From Candidatus Latescibacterota bacterium (GTDB taxonomy: Bacteria > Latescibacterota > UBA2968 > SICM01): DNA of 64,000 bases. The translations under genes were made by a program, and so were the position numbers. The DNA is taken from assembly GCA_965217865.1 (NCBI GenBank), contig CBDCJO010000002.1, forward strand, positions 1,568,001 to 1,632,000. Direction: 5' to 3'. Shown here piece after piece: positions 50,084-58,942 of the stretch; the first letter of the stretch is position 1, and each line of letters starts with the position of its first letter. The notes below the pieces were generated by a model, which saw nothing but the letters and a program-made list of their open reading frames with translations, was not told where the DNA came from and ran no database searches.

Positions 50084-50272
50084 TCACTCCCCTGTTCGTT
50101 GCCGGTATCGCCGGGACTGGTTTGGATCGACCCGACGCATCCGGCGGAGGAGATCGTTGGTCTCGGGACGTTCTACCTTCGGCCTCTTAGGCCCGCCCCC
50201 TTCGTCTTCCGGCTTTCGTTCCCAGGGTTCCGACGGGAGCGGTTTGCGATCTCGGATCTCGGTTCGGTTCAT
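50084..50272 (-). CDS. ubact: UBact (bacterial ubiquitin-like Pup homolog)
   Basis: 62-aa charged, likely disordered protein ending LLRRMRRVDPNQSRRYRQRTGE; lies between dop and prcB; GGAGGA RBS. Confidence 0.93.
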   Translation of the reverse strand: MNRTEIRDRKPLPSEPWERKPEDEGGGPKRPKVERPETNDLLRRMRRVDPNQSRRYRQRTGE

Positions 50273-50329
50273 AGGATCCTCCAAATGATTTTCGCCCACA
50301 CAAAAGAACGTCTTGATTACGAATCGGAT

Positions 50330-51841
50330 TTATGGAAGGGCTGCCAGTAAATCTTCGAGGGAGATCGCGTCGTCCAGTACCTTATTATAACGACGGGCCA
50401 CATCCGGTTCAACGAACCTTTTGAGGTCGACGGATCGCTGGCTTCCGTTCAACCCAAAAGTGATATTGTCCCAATTGACCGATTTCACACTCCCCCCGAA
50501 ACGTTCAAGACAACGTCCTCGAAAGTATCCCCGGGTGCCTTCCGGGGGGGTGGTCATGGCCTGCTCTACATCTCGAACCCCGAGGATCCCCTCGGTTTCC
50601 CCATTAGCCTCGAGGAGACGATAGAGGCCTTTTACGGGATCGATGTTGGAGTACTCCAAATCCTGGCTCTGAAGCCAAACCAGGTGATCTCCGTTTTCCC
50701 AGGAGAGCCCCTCCGCTTCTACGAACTGGTCGATGAGCCACTTTTTCGTGACCCAGTCACAAACACCGATCAAACCCGTGGGATCGGTATCAAGATGATC
50801 GAGGATCCACCCCCATCGGGTCAGGGTCCAATCGGTTTGGGTGTCCCGACCCCTGTAACGTTTCTCCGCCCGGCTGAGGTACTCGCGCTGGACCTCGACG
50901 GCCGGCATAAGACGACCGTCTGAAAGACATACAAGCCATTTTCGTGTCTGGTCCCTCGCGATGTCCTTGACTGCGATGACGGCATCTTTAAGGGTCAGCT
51001 CAGGCAAATCGTTGTCTTCGACCAGGTCAAGGACCAGTGAGGTTGTCCCCACCTTCAGAGCCGTTATCAGATCCGACATATTGGCATCGCCCACGATTAC
51101 GTGCAGGCGACGGTATTTCCGTGAGTCAGCGTGGGGTTCATCTCGAGTGTTGATCAACGGGCGCTTGTGCATCGTATCGACACTGGCGATGGTTTCAAAG
51201 AACTCTGCCCGTTGCGATAGCTGGTAGACCCTTGCCCTGTCTCCCTGCTCTACGCCGACCTTTCCCGCACCCGCGAAGATCTGTCGGGTGACGAAAAAGG
51301 GAAGGAGGCCATAGACAATTCTGTCGAACGGCACGTCCCGCCTCATCAGGTAGTTCTCGTGGCATCCGTAGCTGTGGCCTTCAAAGTCTGTGTTGTTCTT
51401 GTAGAGTCTGACTTCCCCCTTTGCCAACATCTCGGTCCGCTTGTGGGCACACATCGCGAGGATTCGTTCACCCGCCCGGTCTTGGGCCACCAGATCGAAC
51501 AGGCTCCAGCACTCCGGAGTGGCGTATTCAGGATGCGTGTGGTCATTGTAGAGACGGGCCCCGTTGAAGATAATGAGGTCGCTCTTGAGTTCCTTAAACG
51601 GAACTTTTCGCTTTCGGTCCTTCTGGAGATGAATCTTCTCGTCATCGTCGTTCAGAAGCTGGTTCACCTCGAACCCGCGCACGTCCTTTCGAGGATTTTC
51701 GAGGGCGTAGTCCCAGATTGGGACAAAGTCGTGCTGGAGATAACAGCGGATAATCTGCATGGATTCCTCGACGACATCGACTTCCTTGACATCGTCGACG
51801 GTGATCCCGTATTCGGTTTCCAAGCCGATGAGACGATCCAT
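50330..51841 (-). CDS. dop: Depupylase/deamidase Dop homolog
   Basis: GLETEYGI, NGARLYNDHTHPEYATPEC, SYGCHENY and RPLINTRDEPHAD motifs. Confidence 0.93.
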   Translation of the reverse strand: MDRLIGLETEYGITVDDVKEVDVVEESMQIIRCYLQHDFVPIWDYALENPRKDVRGFEVNQLLNDDDEKIHLQKDRKRKVPFKELKSDLIIFNGARLYNDHTHPEYATPECWSLFDLVAQDRAGERILAMCAHKRTEMLAKGEVRLYKNNTDFEGHSYGCHENYLMRRDVPFDRIVYGLLPFFVTRQIFAGAGKVGVEQGDRARVYQLSQRAEFFETIASVDTMHKRPLINTRDEPHADSRKYRRLHVIVGDANMSDLITALKVGTTSLVLDLVEDNDLPELTLKDAVIAVKDIARDQTRKWLVCLSDGRLMPAVEVQREYLSRAEKRYRGRDTQTDWTLTRWGWILDHLDTDPTGLIGVCDWVTKKWLIDQFVEAEGLSWENGDHLVWLQSQDLEYSNIDPVKGLYRLLEANGETEGILGVRDVEQAMTTPPEGTRGYFRGRCLERFGGSVKSVNWDNITFGLNGSQRSVDLKRFVEPDVARRYNKVLDDAISLEDLLAALP

Positions 51842-51945
51842 AAACGTTCGTTGGAGGCAGGCCTTCCAGGAAGAGGCAGGAACGAGGCCTTCCTCATCCC
51901 GTTAAGGCAATCAGAGTTGGGGTGTATTCCGATCGGAAGCGAATA

Positions 51946-53670
51946 TCATATCACACCGGAAGGCCTCTTCTTAGGCGTGCTGTCCGGCCTGATGGGTGTG
52001 ACCTTGGCGACGTTTTCAGGATCATAGTCGAGGAGTTTCAGCCAGTCTTCAGCGTTGTCGGTGGGTGGGAAAATTTCGTTTTCGTTATACTCCCGAGTCA
52101 CCGCGTCGATCATGTCATCGAGGGAAACCCCTCCCTCCTCCCGGGTGGCGATCGCCCGCTTGATCGCAAGTTCCTTCGCACGCTGTACGATCGAGGCGAT
52201 GATCGCGCCGCTGGCAAGATCGCCTCGATGAAGGAGGTCACGCCGTCCGCTGCGAAGGATCACTTCAACGAACTGGGTGTCCTCGCGTTTCGCAAAAAGT
52301 TCGTCGTTCGTTCGTTTGATCAACTCCACCACCGCAGATTCCGGATCTCCACCGTGGGCATCAAGAAGGTCCGGATGGATCGGCAGGTCCGGAGTCAGGT
52401 AGATTGGGAAGATATCCTGTGAGGACGACTTATCGGGCCGCTTGACTTTGATCTTTCTGTCTATACGACCGGCTCGGAGAATGGCCGGGTCAATCAGGTC
52501 CGGTCGGTTCGACGCGAGGATGATGATGACATCCTGGAGAGACTCTATCCCGTCCATCTCCGAACAGAACATAGGGACAACCGTGTTTGAGATGTTGTGA
52601 GAACGGATCGCCCTGCGAGTGCCCAAGACGGACTCGGCTTCGTCGATGAATACCACCGGAAGGAAACCCTCTTTCCTCTTTTCCCGAGCCCGGGCGAATA
52701 TCTCTCGAACGGTTCGTTCCGATTCACCCAGCCACATGTTCAGGATTTCGGGCCCTTTGATGTGTAAGAAACATTCCCTTCGACGCTCACCACTGATCTC
52801 GTTGAGCTGACGCACCAGATTATATGCCGTGGATTTTCCTATGAGTGTTTTGCCGCACCCGGGCGGACCATACAGGAGAAACCCTTTGGGGGTGCTGTAC
52901 TGAAACCGGCTGAAAAGATCAGGATGGAGTACGGGCATCTCGATGGTGTCTTTGATTGCCTGAATCGCATCCCGCTGGCCCCCAATTTTGCTCCACGGGA
53001 GTTCAGGAATGTCCTCTAAGTAATAGTCCTTCGCTTCCGGGGTCGTGAGTTGCTCCAAGGCCACCCTGAAGGAGGGGTCAATTCGGATGTCCTGGCCCAC
53101 CTTCAATCGCGCTTTTTTAAGGTCCGACGACCGCTCAAGCACCACGGCCTGGATTCCGTGTTCCTGGCCGACTCTGAGCCGTCCTTTGGATAGAATGTCA
53201 ATGATCTTTCCAACCGGTCCCGAAGGATTGTAGCCCAGATCCCCGACGACGGCATAAGCTTCGTTGACCAGTACGCGTGTGCCTACCTTTAAGTCTTCGA
53301 TCTGCAATCGGGAATCCACATTTGTGTAATAGTCGGCTCCACCCACCGAGATATAAGCGATTCCCTCTTTTGGGGATCCGAGATAGGTTCCGATCCGATT
53401 TGCCGGTCCCGTCACCTTTTCCAGAGCCGCCTCCATCTCCACGATGGCTTTACGGGCTTCCTGGAATGTAATCTGATCCTCCTGGAGCTGACGTCTCAGT
53501 TGCGTCAGAACCGCCCGGGCCCGCTTGTCCTTCTCTCCCACCATGGAGATCAACTGGTCAATCAGGGAGAGCGACTCAAAGGTATACTCCATGTCCTGAT
53601 AGTCCTGGAGGAAATCCTCTACGGATTTCCGCTGCCTGTTCTGACCTTTGGAGCGCTGGATGGGAATCAC
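51946..53670 (-). CDS. arc: Proteasomal AAA+ ATPase (ARC/Mpa-like)
   Basis: Coiled coil, tandem OB domains, GPPGCGKT, KGPEILNMWLGESE, FIDEAE and SNRPDLIDPAILR.GR. Confidence 0.93.
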   Translation of the reverse strand: MIPIQRSKGQNRQRKSVEDFLQDYQDMEYTFESLSLIDQLISMVGEKDKRARAVLTQLRRQLQEDQITFQEARKAIVEMEAALEKVTGPANRIGTYLGSPKEGIAYISVGGADYYTNVDSRLQIEDLKVGTRVLVNEAYAVVGDLGYNPSGPVGKIIDILSKGRLRVGQEHGIQAVVLERSSDLKKARLKVGQDIRIDPSFRVALEQLTTPEAKDYYLEDIPELPWSKIGGQRDAIQAIKDTIEMPVLHPDLFSRFQYSTPKGFLLYGPPGCGKTLIGKSTAYNLVRQLNEISGERRRECFLHIKGPEILNMWLGESERTVREIFARAREKRKEGFLPVVFIDEAESVLGTRRAIRSHNISNTVVPMFCSEMDGIESLQDVIIILASNRPDLIDPAILRAGRIDRKIKVKRPDKSSSQDIFPIYLTPDLPIHPDLLDAHGGDPESAVVELIKRTNDELFAKREDTQFVEVILRSGRRDLLHRGDLASGAIIASIVQRAKELAIKRAIATREEGGVSLDDMIDAVTREYNENEIFPPTDNAEDWLKLLDYDPENVAKVTPIRPDSTPKKRPSGVI

Positions 53671-53839
53671 CTCTCTCGAAGGAATGCAGAGGAATGACTT
53701 GATGTTCGAAATCGCAAAAAGTTACGAAAGTTCAAATATTGTACCAAACTTATCAGAAGATGTCAAACAAAAATAGAGCCCGGTGTGTGAACACAAGTCG
53801 ACAATAATCAAGAACTCGGAAGCTGCGTTGGGTACAGGG

Positions 53840-54892
53840 CTACAAGGTTTTTAGAACGGGCCTGACCACGAACAGATGGGCGCGGAAGCCCCCTCTGCGA
53901 ATCGGCCTGCGGGTTTCAATAACGAGTTCAGATCGACGGCGCAACTGGTCGGCGAGAAGCTGATTCTCCACAGCCAAAAGGAGTGCTCTTCCTGTTGGTT
54001 TCAATAGACGGATGATCTCCCGGATAACGCTCCGGTAAAGGGACCGGCTTATCTGAACGTCGCCTGTTTTATTTCCAAAGGGGAGGCTGGTGACGATGGC
54101 GTCGACAGAGTTGTGTTTTAGGGGAAGTCGCCGGGGATCCCACCGGCAGACGCAAGCCCTGTCCTCGGAGAGATGAGGTCTGTGTGCCTTGAGGGATCTG
54201 AGTTCGACATCGCCTGCGAGAAGGGCCCCGACAGGTCCTGCCTTCTCCCTTTCGATCAGGATCTCACCCGAAGCACACAGAGGGTCAAGGAATACGTCGT
54301 CAGGTCGAATTCCGGCCCAGAGTACCATGCCTGCTGCAACGGTTGAGGAGAGTGAAGATTCGATGGAATCTTCCGTAACGCCAAGGGATTGTTCCGTGCA
54401 ACCAACCCCCACCCATCCTGCTTCTGAACCAACGGTCAAATGGATGGGGGTCCCGATTCCGGAGGGCCCGGGCCGGGCCCCCAGGGTGGCCTGAAGCATC
54501 CAGGTCACTTCAGATCTGAAATCAGGATAGCTAACACCCAGTGTGGGATCCAGCTCGATGGTCAGACAAAACCGTTTGCCCCGTGCATCGTTTGAAATTT
54601 CACGATCCCGGTTCCAGGAGGATAGCTCGACCTGGGAAGCCAAATTTTGCATCATCTTATCCAGGCTGTGACTCGATAAGAAGACGCCGAGCATCCGGAA
54701 TACCCCATCCGCCACCCTCAACCTGAGTAGCGGGTCCAGCGGACCCTCGTAGTCCAGTTCCACCGCCCCTTCGGTCAAGACCGCAGCGTCCCTTACACCC
54801 GGGAGAGCGGCGACGTATCGAACAACGACCTGTTCGAATCCGAAAGGAACCTGAAGGACATATTTTTGTGGGGTGAAAAATCCGTCCGCCAT
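53840..54892 (-). CDS. THUMP/UPF0020-type RNA methyltransferase-like protein
   Basis: LSSTVAAGMV, FLDPLCASGEILIE and IVTSLPFG; start MADGFF with GGAGG RBS. Confidence 0.75.
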   Translation of the reverse strand: MADGFFTPQKYVLQVPFGFEQVVVRYVAALPGVRDAAVLTEGAVELDYEGPLDPLLRLRVADGVFRMLGVFLSSHSLDKMMQNLASQVELSSWNRDREISNDARGKRFCLTIELDPTLGVSYPDFRSEVTWMLQATLGARPGPSGIGTPIHLTVGSEAGWVGVGCTEQSLGVTEDSIESSLSSTVAAGMVLWAGIRPDDVFLDPLCASGEILIEREKAGPVGALLAGDVELRSLKAHRPHLSEDRACVCRWDPRRLPLKHNSVDAIVTSLPFGNKTGDVQISRSLYRSVIREIIRLLKPTGRALLLAVENQLLADQLRRRSELVIETRRPIRRGGFRAHLFVVRPVLKTL

Positions 54893-54959
54893 CGGCCTCC
54901 GTGTCAAACGACTGGATTGAAAAGCTAGGATCTTCCTAATTTTTGGTAGAAAACGAGGT

Positions 54960-55460
54960 TCTGTGAGGCGACGCATCTGCGGGCCAACGGCCCGAGATTC
55001 CTTGGCCCAGTCCAACGGACTGGGTTAGAATGTGGGCGAATCTAGCGGGCCAACGGTCCGCGATCCGGTATCGCTGCCTTTCAGGCCGCACGGCGCTATT
55101 GCTTCCAAGGACCCAGTGAGGCTCACCTGGGTTGAGGGACAACGCGCCGTTGGCGCTGAAAGAAGACCCTGACTTTTGTCTCGGCTTCTCGATTAGCTCG
55201 AAGGCCCGGATGTCAATCGCAAAGACAGGGTCCACTATATTCCACGGAGAAACAAAGGCTAAACCATTCCGTGTCAGTTGCGTGCCTTTGGAGAAAAAAT
55301 AAAACATTCCAACAAACGTCGCTACTGGATTTTCTCTTGATCCAGGCAGGTGAACGGATGCGGGGTTCCGGGGGGTTCGGTTCCTGGGGTAACCGCCAAG
55401 ATATCCACCGATGATTGGTTCGGTCACCTTGACAGTTGTGGTGCAGATCGATCTGGAGTA
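54960..55460 (+). ncRNA. Candidate structured non-coding RNA (unidentified)
   Basis: Dense array of stems; three CC-AAC-GG-capped hairpins; G-U wobbles favour the + strand. Confidence 0.4.
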
Positions 55461-55658
55461 TATTTTTAAAAGGATATGATGTTTCCATCTGTGAGGGAGA
55501 AAAGTGGCGGGTCCGGGAATCTGCCGAGAGAGCCGGTTGAAGTGTGAGGTGAGTTGAGCAGGAGGATTTACATCGGTCTCTGGGTGCATCCATCTATGAG
55601 TCTTACAGGGGTAAGCCCAAAATGTCAAGGAATCATGGAGCCTGGATGGGATAAAAGG

Positions 55659-55697
55659 AAAAAGCCACCCTCACGTCCCTGTGGGGGCGGCTTTTTA
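55659..55697. terminator. Bidirectional intrinsic terminator
   Basis: AAAAAGCCACCCTCAC..GTGGGGGCGGCTTTTT. Confidence 0.75.
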
Positions 55698-55761
55698 TTG
55701 AGACGGCATCCTCGCTCCTGCGCATGTTCACGTCTCAACAAAGCATCGCGGGTTTACGGTT

Positions 55762-56322
55762 TCAACCCGATATTGCGAACTGGTCTCGGCGGTAAAGCTT
55801 CGCCCGGTGGATTTCACTCCCTATTTCGTTCGTGAGATAGACTTTGTAAGGCTGGCCGTTCACTTTCCTGTATTCATATCCCATAACGCCTCTCTTGAGG
55901 AGAGTCGAAAGGGTTTGTAAAAAAATTTCCTGATCTTCCGGGGACAGGCCATCCAACGCATCGTAAAGGTTGGCCATTCCTCCGGACCCCGAATCAAAGA
56001 CCATATCCAGTGCGTTGATCGGATTTCGTCGAAGGTTGTCGTTCGAAACACCCCTGTCGTCTTCATCAAATGATATTACGGAGAACAGAAAGGTTAATTC
56101 ATTGCGATTGAAGTCGAAGCCATCGCTCAGAAGTCGGTCCATCTCAGATCTGCCTTCCGGGGTGAGTCGGCTCGTTAATCTATCCAGGTCAAGGTAGCGG
56201 AGTTCGAGCCTGTCCGAAATCCCCTCCGGATTCTTGGGCATGAGGGTTTCAGTGGCGCCCGTATCCTTATCCCATTCGAAGGCCGGTGTCCGTTCGGCAT
56301 CGATCAAGTCTGAGATTATCAT
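55762..56322 (-). CDS. Hypothetical protein (186 aa)
   Basis: ATGA-coupled to the upstream small ORF; start MIISDL. Confidence 0.7.
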   Translation of the reverse strand: MIISDLIDAERTPAFEWDKDTGATETLMPKNPEGISDRLELRYLDLDRLTSRLTPEGRSEMDRLLSDGFDFNRNELTFLFSVISFDEDDRGVSNDNLRRNPINALDMVFDSGSGGMANLYDALDGLSPEDQEIFLQTLSTLLKRGVMGYEYRKVNGQPYKVYLTNEIGSEIHRAKLYRRDQFAISG

Positions 56323-56504
56323 CGGACCTCTGGTATGGATTTCCTGAAAGAAGTGGCCATCAGGAGTACAATACCCATGACGCCCAGCATCGTCCCTGTA
56401 AAAAACCAGGACTCGGGCCTCCGGTTCATATCGAGGGCGATTCTGCTGCAGAGGAAGCCTGAAACGATGTGGATTCCCAGCGCGACTAAAAATATCCATT
56501 CCAT
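56319..56504 (-). CDS. Small 2-TM membrane protein
   Basis: GGAGGAGG RBS; IA..MNR...WFF.G..LG..G pattern. Confidence 0.75.
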   Translation of the reverse strand: MEWIFLVALGIHIVSGFLCSRIALDMNRRPESWFFTGTMLGVMGIVLLMATSFRKSIPEVR

Positions 56505-56571
56505 TCTGAGATCCTCCTCCGCGGTGAAGTTAGAATTTATATGTTGTATGTCTTAGTATCATCTGGTCTAT

Positions 56572-56598
56572 ATATCGACTGAATTAGACATACCTTGA
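56572..56598 (-). promoter_or_regulatory. Sigma28-type promoter
   Basis: TCAA-N15-GTCGATAT on the minus strand, about 70 bp before ATG 56504. Confidence 0.55.
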
Positions 56599-56711
56599 GG
56601 CAGGATGGAATCGATTATGGGCTTCTTATACGATTATGTCAGGGTAAACCCCCAACTTGTATTCGCGTAAATTCTATAATCATTTATATTTAATAGGCTT
56701 AGGAACTGGAT

Positions 56712-57520
56712 ATGGCATTGTCTGAAGACCAATTAGATTTCTTCCGTGAGAATGGATTTATCCGCTTGGAAGGGGTTTACGAGCCGGATGAGTTGGGATT
56801 AATGAGCGAGGATCTGGATTACATCATTCAGACGTTTGCAAACTGGGGGGCGGCTTGGCGGGGTCCATGGCGAAAAAATATCTGAAAGACGAGGCGGAAG
56901 GCCAAAAAGCCACCCTGGTCGCCATCCACGAACTGCAGCACTATTCTGCTGTTTGGACCGGGGCGTTGACGAATAGGGAACTAGCCGATGCCGTTGCGGC
57001 ACTGTTGGATACAGATGCCTTGGAGCTTCATCACTGCACCCTTCACGCAAAACCCCCGACAGTGGGGGCGCCGTTTCCCATGCATCAGGATCTCCCCTTC
57101 TATTCCCATTCCGATGGGCGATACGTTGACGCCTTAGTCCACTTAGACGATGCGGATGAAACAAGCGGATGTATTAAAATCCTCTCAGGGAGCCACAAAC
57201 CGGGCCCACTGGAGCACATCACCGGTCCGGATACCGCGCCCCATCTTCCTACGGATAAGTATCGTTTAGAAGATGCCGTCTTTGTACCCGCCAAAGCAGG
57301 GGACGTGATTCTGTTTCATTTGTGGACGATACACGGCTCGGCTGTGAACAACGGTGGGGGGTGGCGCCGCCTGGTGCGGTTGGGTTATCGCGATCCGCGC
57401 AACCTTCAGGTGGCGGGACAGGCCCTGGGAAGGCCCGGGATCATGGTAAAAGGCGTCCGTCCGGAGATCCCCGGGGCGGAGGTAAACGTGTACGGAAACT
57501 GGGCTCCGCCGGCCAAATAG
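56712..57520 (+). pseudogene. Phytanoyl-CoA dioxygenase-family protein with a frameshift in an A6 run near 56875
   Basis: MALSEDQLDFFRENGFI in one frame; HQD, GSHK and IHGS..N in the next. Confidence 0.85.
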
Positions 57521-57626
57521 CGATGATTTTTTCTCGGGGCGTCGTTTTTGATCCGGTCATACAGAGCGTATAAGCAAGATCTCAATCCCTAGGATTATAT
57601 AAGAACGGAGGAGGTGTTAAGGTTTC

Positions 57627-58904
57627 GTGATTGAAGTAGGTGCAGATCTTCCCCAAGACCGGACAATTCTGATCGGTGTCTGTCTTCCAGGGACGGACCG
57701 TCGTGAAACGGAGGAAACTCTGGATGAGTTGGCCGGATTGGCCGAGACCGCGGGGGTACAGGTGGTCGGAAGGGTGGTTCAGGAGCGCTCTGCTCCGAAC
57801 CGGACAACCTTCATCGGGAGTGGCAAGGTTCGGGAGGTTGGCCGGATGCTGGAGGAAACGGACGCCAACCTTCTGATCTTCGACGATGATCTATCTCCCG
57901 CTCAATCCCGCAATCTGGAAAAGGAGGTTGAGGTCCGGGTCCTGGATCGGAGTGGCCTCATCCTGGACATTTTCGCCGCCCATGCCCGGTCGGCCGAATC
58001 ACGGAAACAGGTGGAGCTTGCCCAACTCGAATATCTGTTGCCTCGGTTGACCCGACAATGGACGCATCTGTCCCGGCAGGTGAGTTCCGCGGGGGGTATT
58101 ACCGGGGGCATTGGGACGCGAGGTCCGGGGGAGACTCAACTCGAGGTGGACCGGAGGGCGGTCCGCAAGCGAATCGGAGAGTTGACCCTTGCCCTGAAGC
58201 GAATCGAGCGGCAGCGAGAGACGGGCAGGAAGAGGCGGAAAGGAGTTTACCAAATTTCCCTGGTGGGTTATACGAATGCCGGAAAATCCACGTTGATGCG
58301 AGCACTGTCGGGTGCGGATGTAACGGTGGAGAACCAGCTGTTTTCGACACTCGACTCTACCACCCGGGCGATTTCTCTGGGATACAATCGTCAGGTCCTC
58401 CTGACCGATACCGTGGGTTTCATCCGAAAACTACCGGCTCATCTGATCGCGTCTTTTCGAAGTACCCTCGAGGAGACGGTTCGGGCGGATCTGTTGCTCC
58501 ACGTGGTCGATGTCAGCCATCCTGCGTTCGCAGAGCATATCTCTGCGGTGAATGAGATCCTTGAGGATCTCGACATCGCGGGACATCCCACCCTGTTGGT
58601 CTTCAACAAGATCGATCGATTGTCCGATCCCGCGGAGATGCCCCCTTTGAGGCAATACGGAGATGCGGTGACAGTCTCGGGGGTAACCGGTGCTGGAATG
58701 GAAGGATTGAAGGAAAGGCTTTACGAGAGACTGGAAAAGGGACGGGTGGTTCTCCAACTCCGGGTAGGACAGGACGAGGGGCGGCTCCTTTCGGAACTCC
58801 ACGCGGTGGGAGAGATCATGGAGCGGTCCTACGAGGGAAATTACGTGCTGCTCAAGGTCAAACTCCCGGGTAATGAGGCAAGGCGGTTGCAGTTGGTGGG
58901 ATAG
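57627..58904 (+). CDS. hflX: GTPase HflX
   Basis: GPGETQLE, GYTNAGKST, DTVGFI and NKID motifs. Confidence 0.97.
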   Translation: MIEVGADLPQDRTILIGVCLPGTDRRETEETLDELAGLAETAGVQVVGRVVQERSAPNRTTFIGSGKVREVGRMLEETDANLLIFDDDLSPAQSRNLEKEVEVRVLDRSGLILDIFAAHARSAESRKQVELAQLEYLLPRLTRQWTHLSRQVSSAGGITGGIGTRGPGETQLEVDRRAVRKRIGELTLALKRIERQRETGRKRRKGVYQISLVGYTNAGKSTLMRALSGADVTVENQLFSTLDSTTRAISLGYNRQVLLTDTVGFIRKLPAHLIASFRSTLEETVRADLLLHVVDVSHPAFAEHISAVNEILEDLDIAGHPTLLVFNKIDRLSDPAEMPPLRQYGDAVTVSGVTGAGMEGLKERLYERLEKGRVVLQLRVGQDEGRLLSELHAVGEIMERSYEGNYVLLKVKLPGNEARRLQLVG

Positions 58905-58942
58905 GAAAGGATAAAAAGAAAGGGAGGTGTGGCTCTCTCTTG

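Noticed and set aside
50084-50272. Calling the small modifier an actinobacterial Pup
   Set aside because: The C-terminus is RTGE, not GGE/GGQ, which fits UBact
55070-55290. Partial resemblance to SRP helix 8 (GCCTGAAAGGCAGC) and to a c-di-GMP-I riboswitch (AAAGGCTAAACC)
   Set aside because: The SRP AGG/AGCAG symmetric loop does not pair correctly, and the riboswitch GAAA tetraloop and GACGCAAA are missing
54936-55628. 230-aa minus-strand ORF and other short ORFs in the gap
   Set aside because: TTG start without RBS, no recognisable motifs, and overlaps the THUMP upstream region; structure explains the region better
55762-56499. 245-aa version of the hypothetical ORF
   Set aside because: Its first 59 codons overlap a better-supported 61-aa membrane ORF; ATGA coupling indicates a start at 56322
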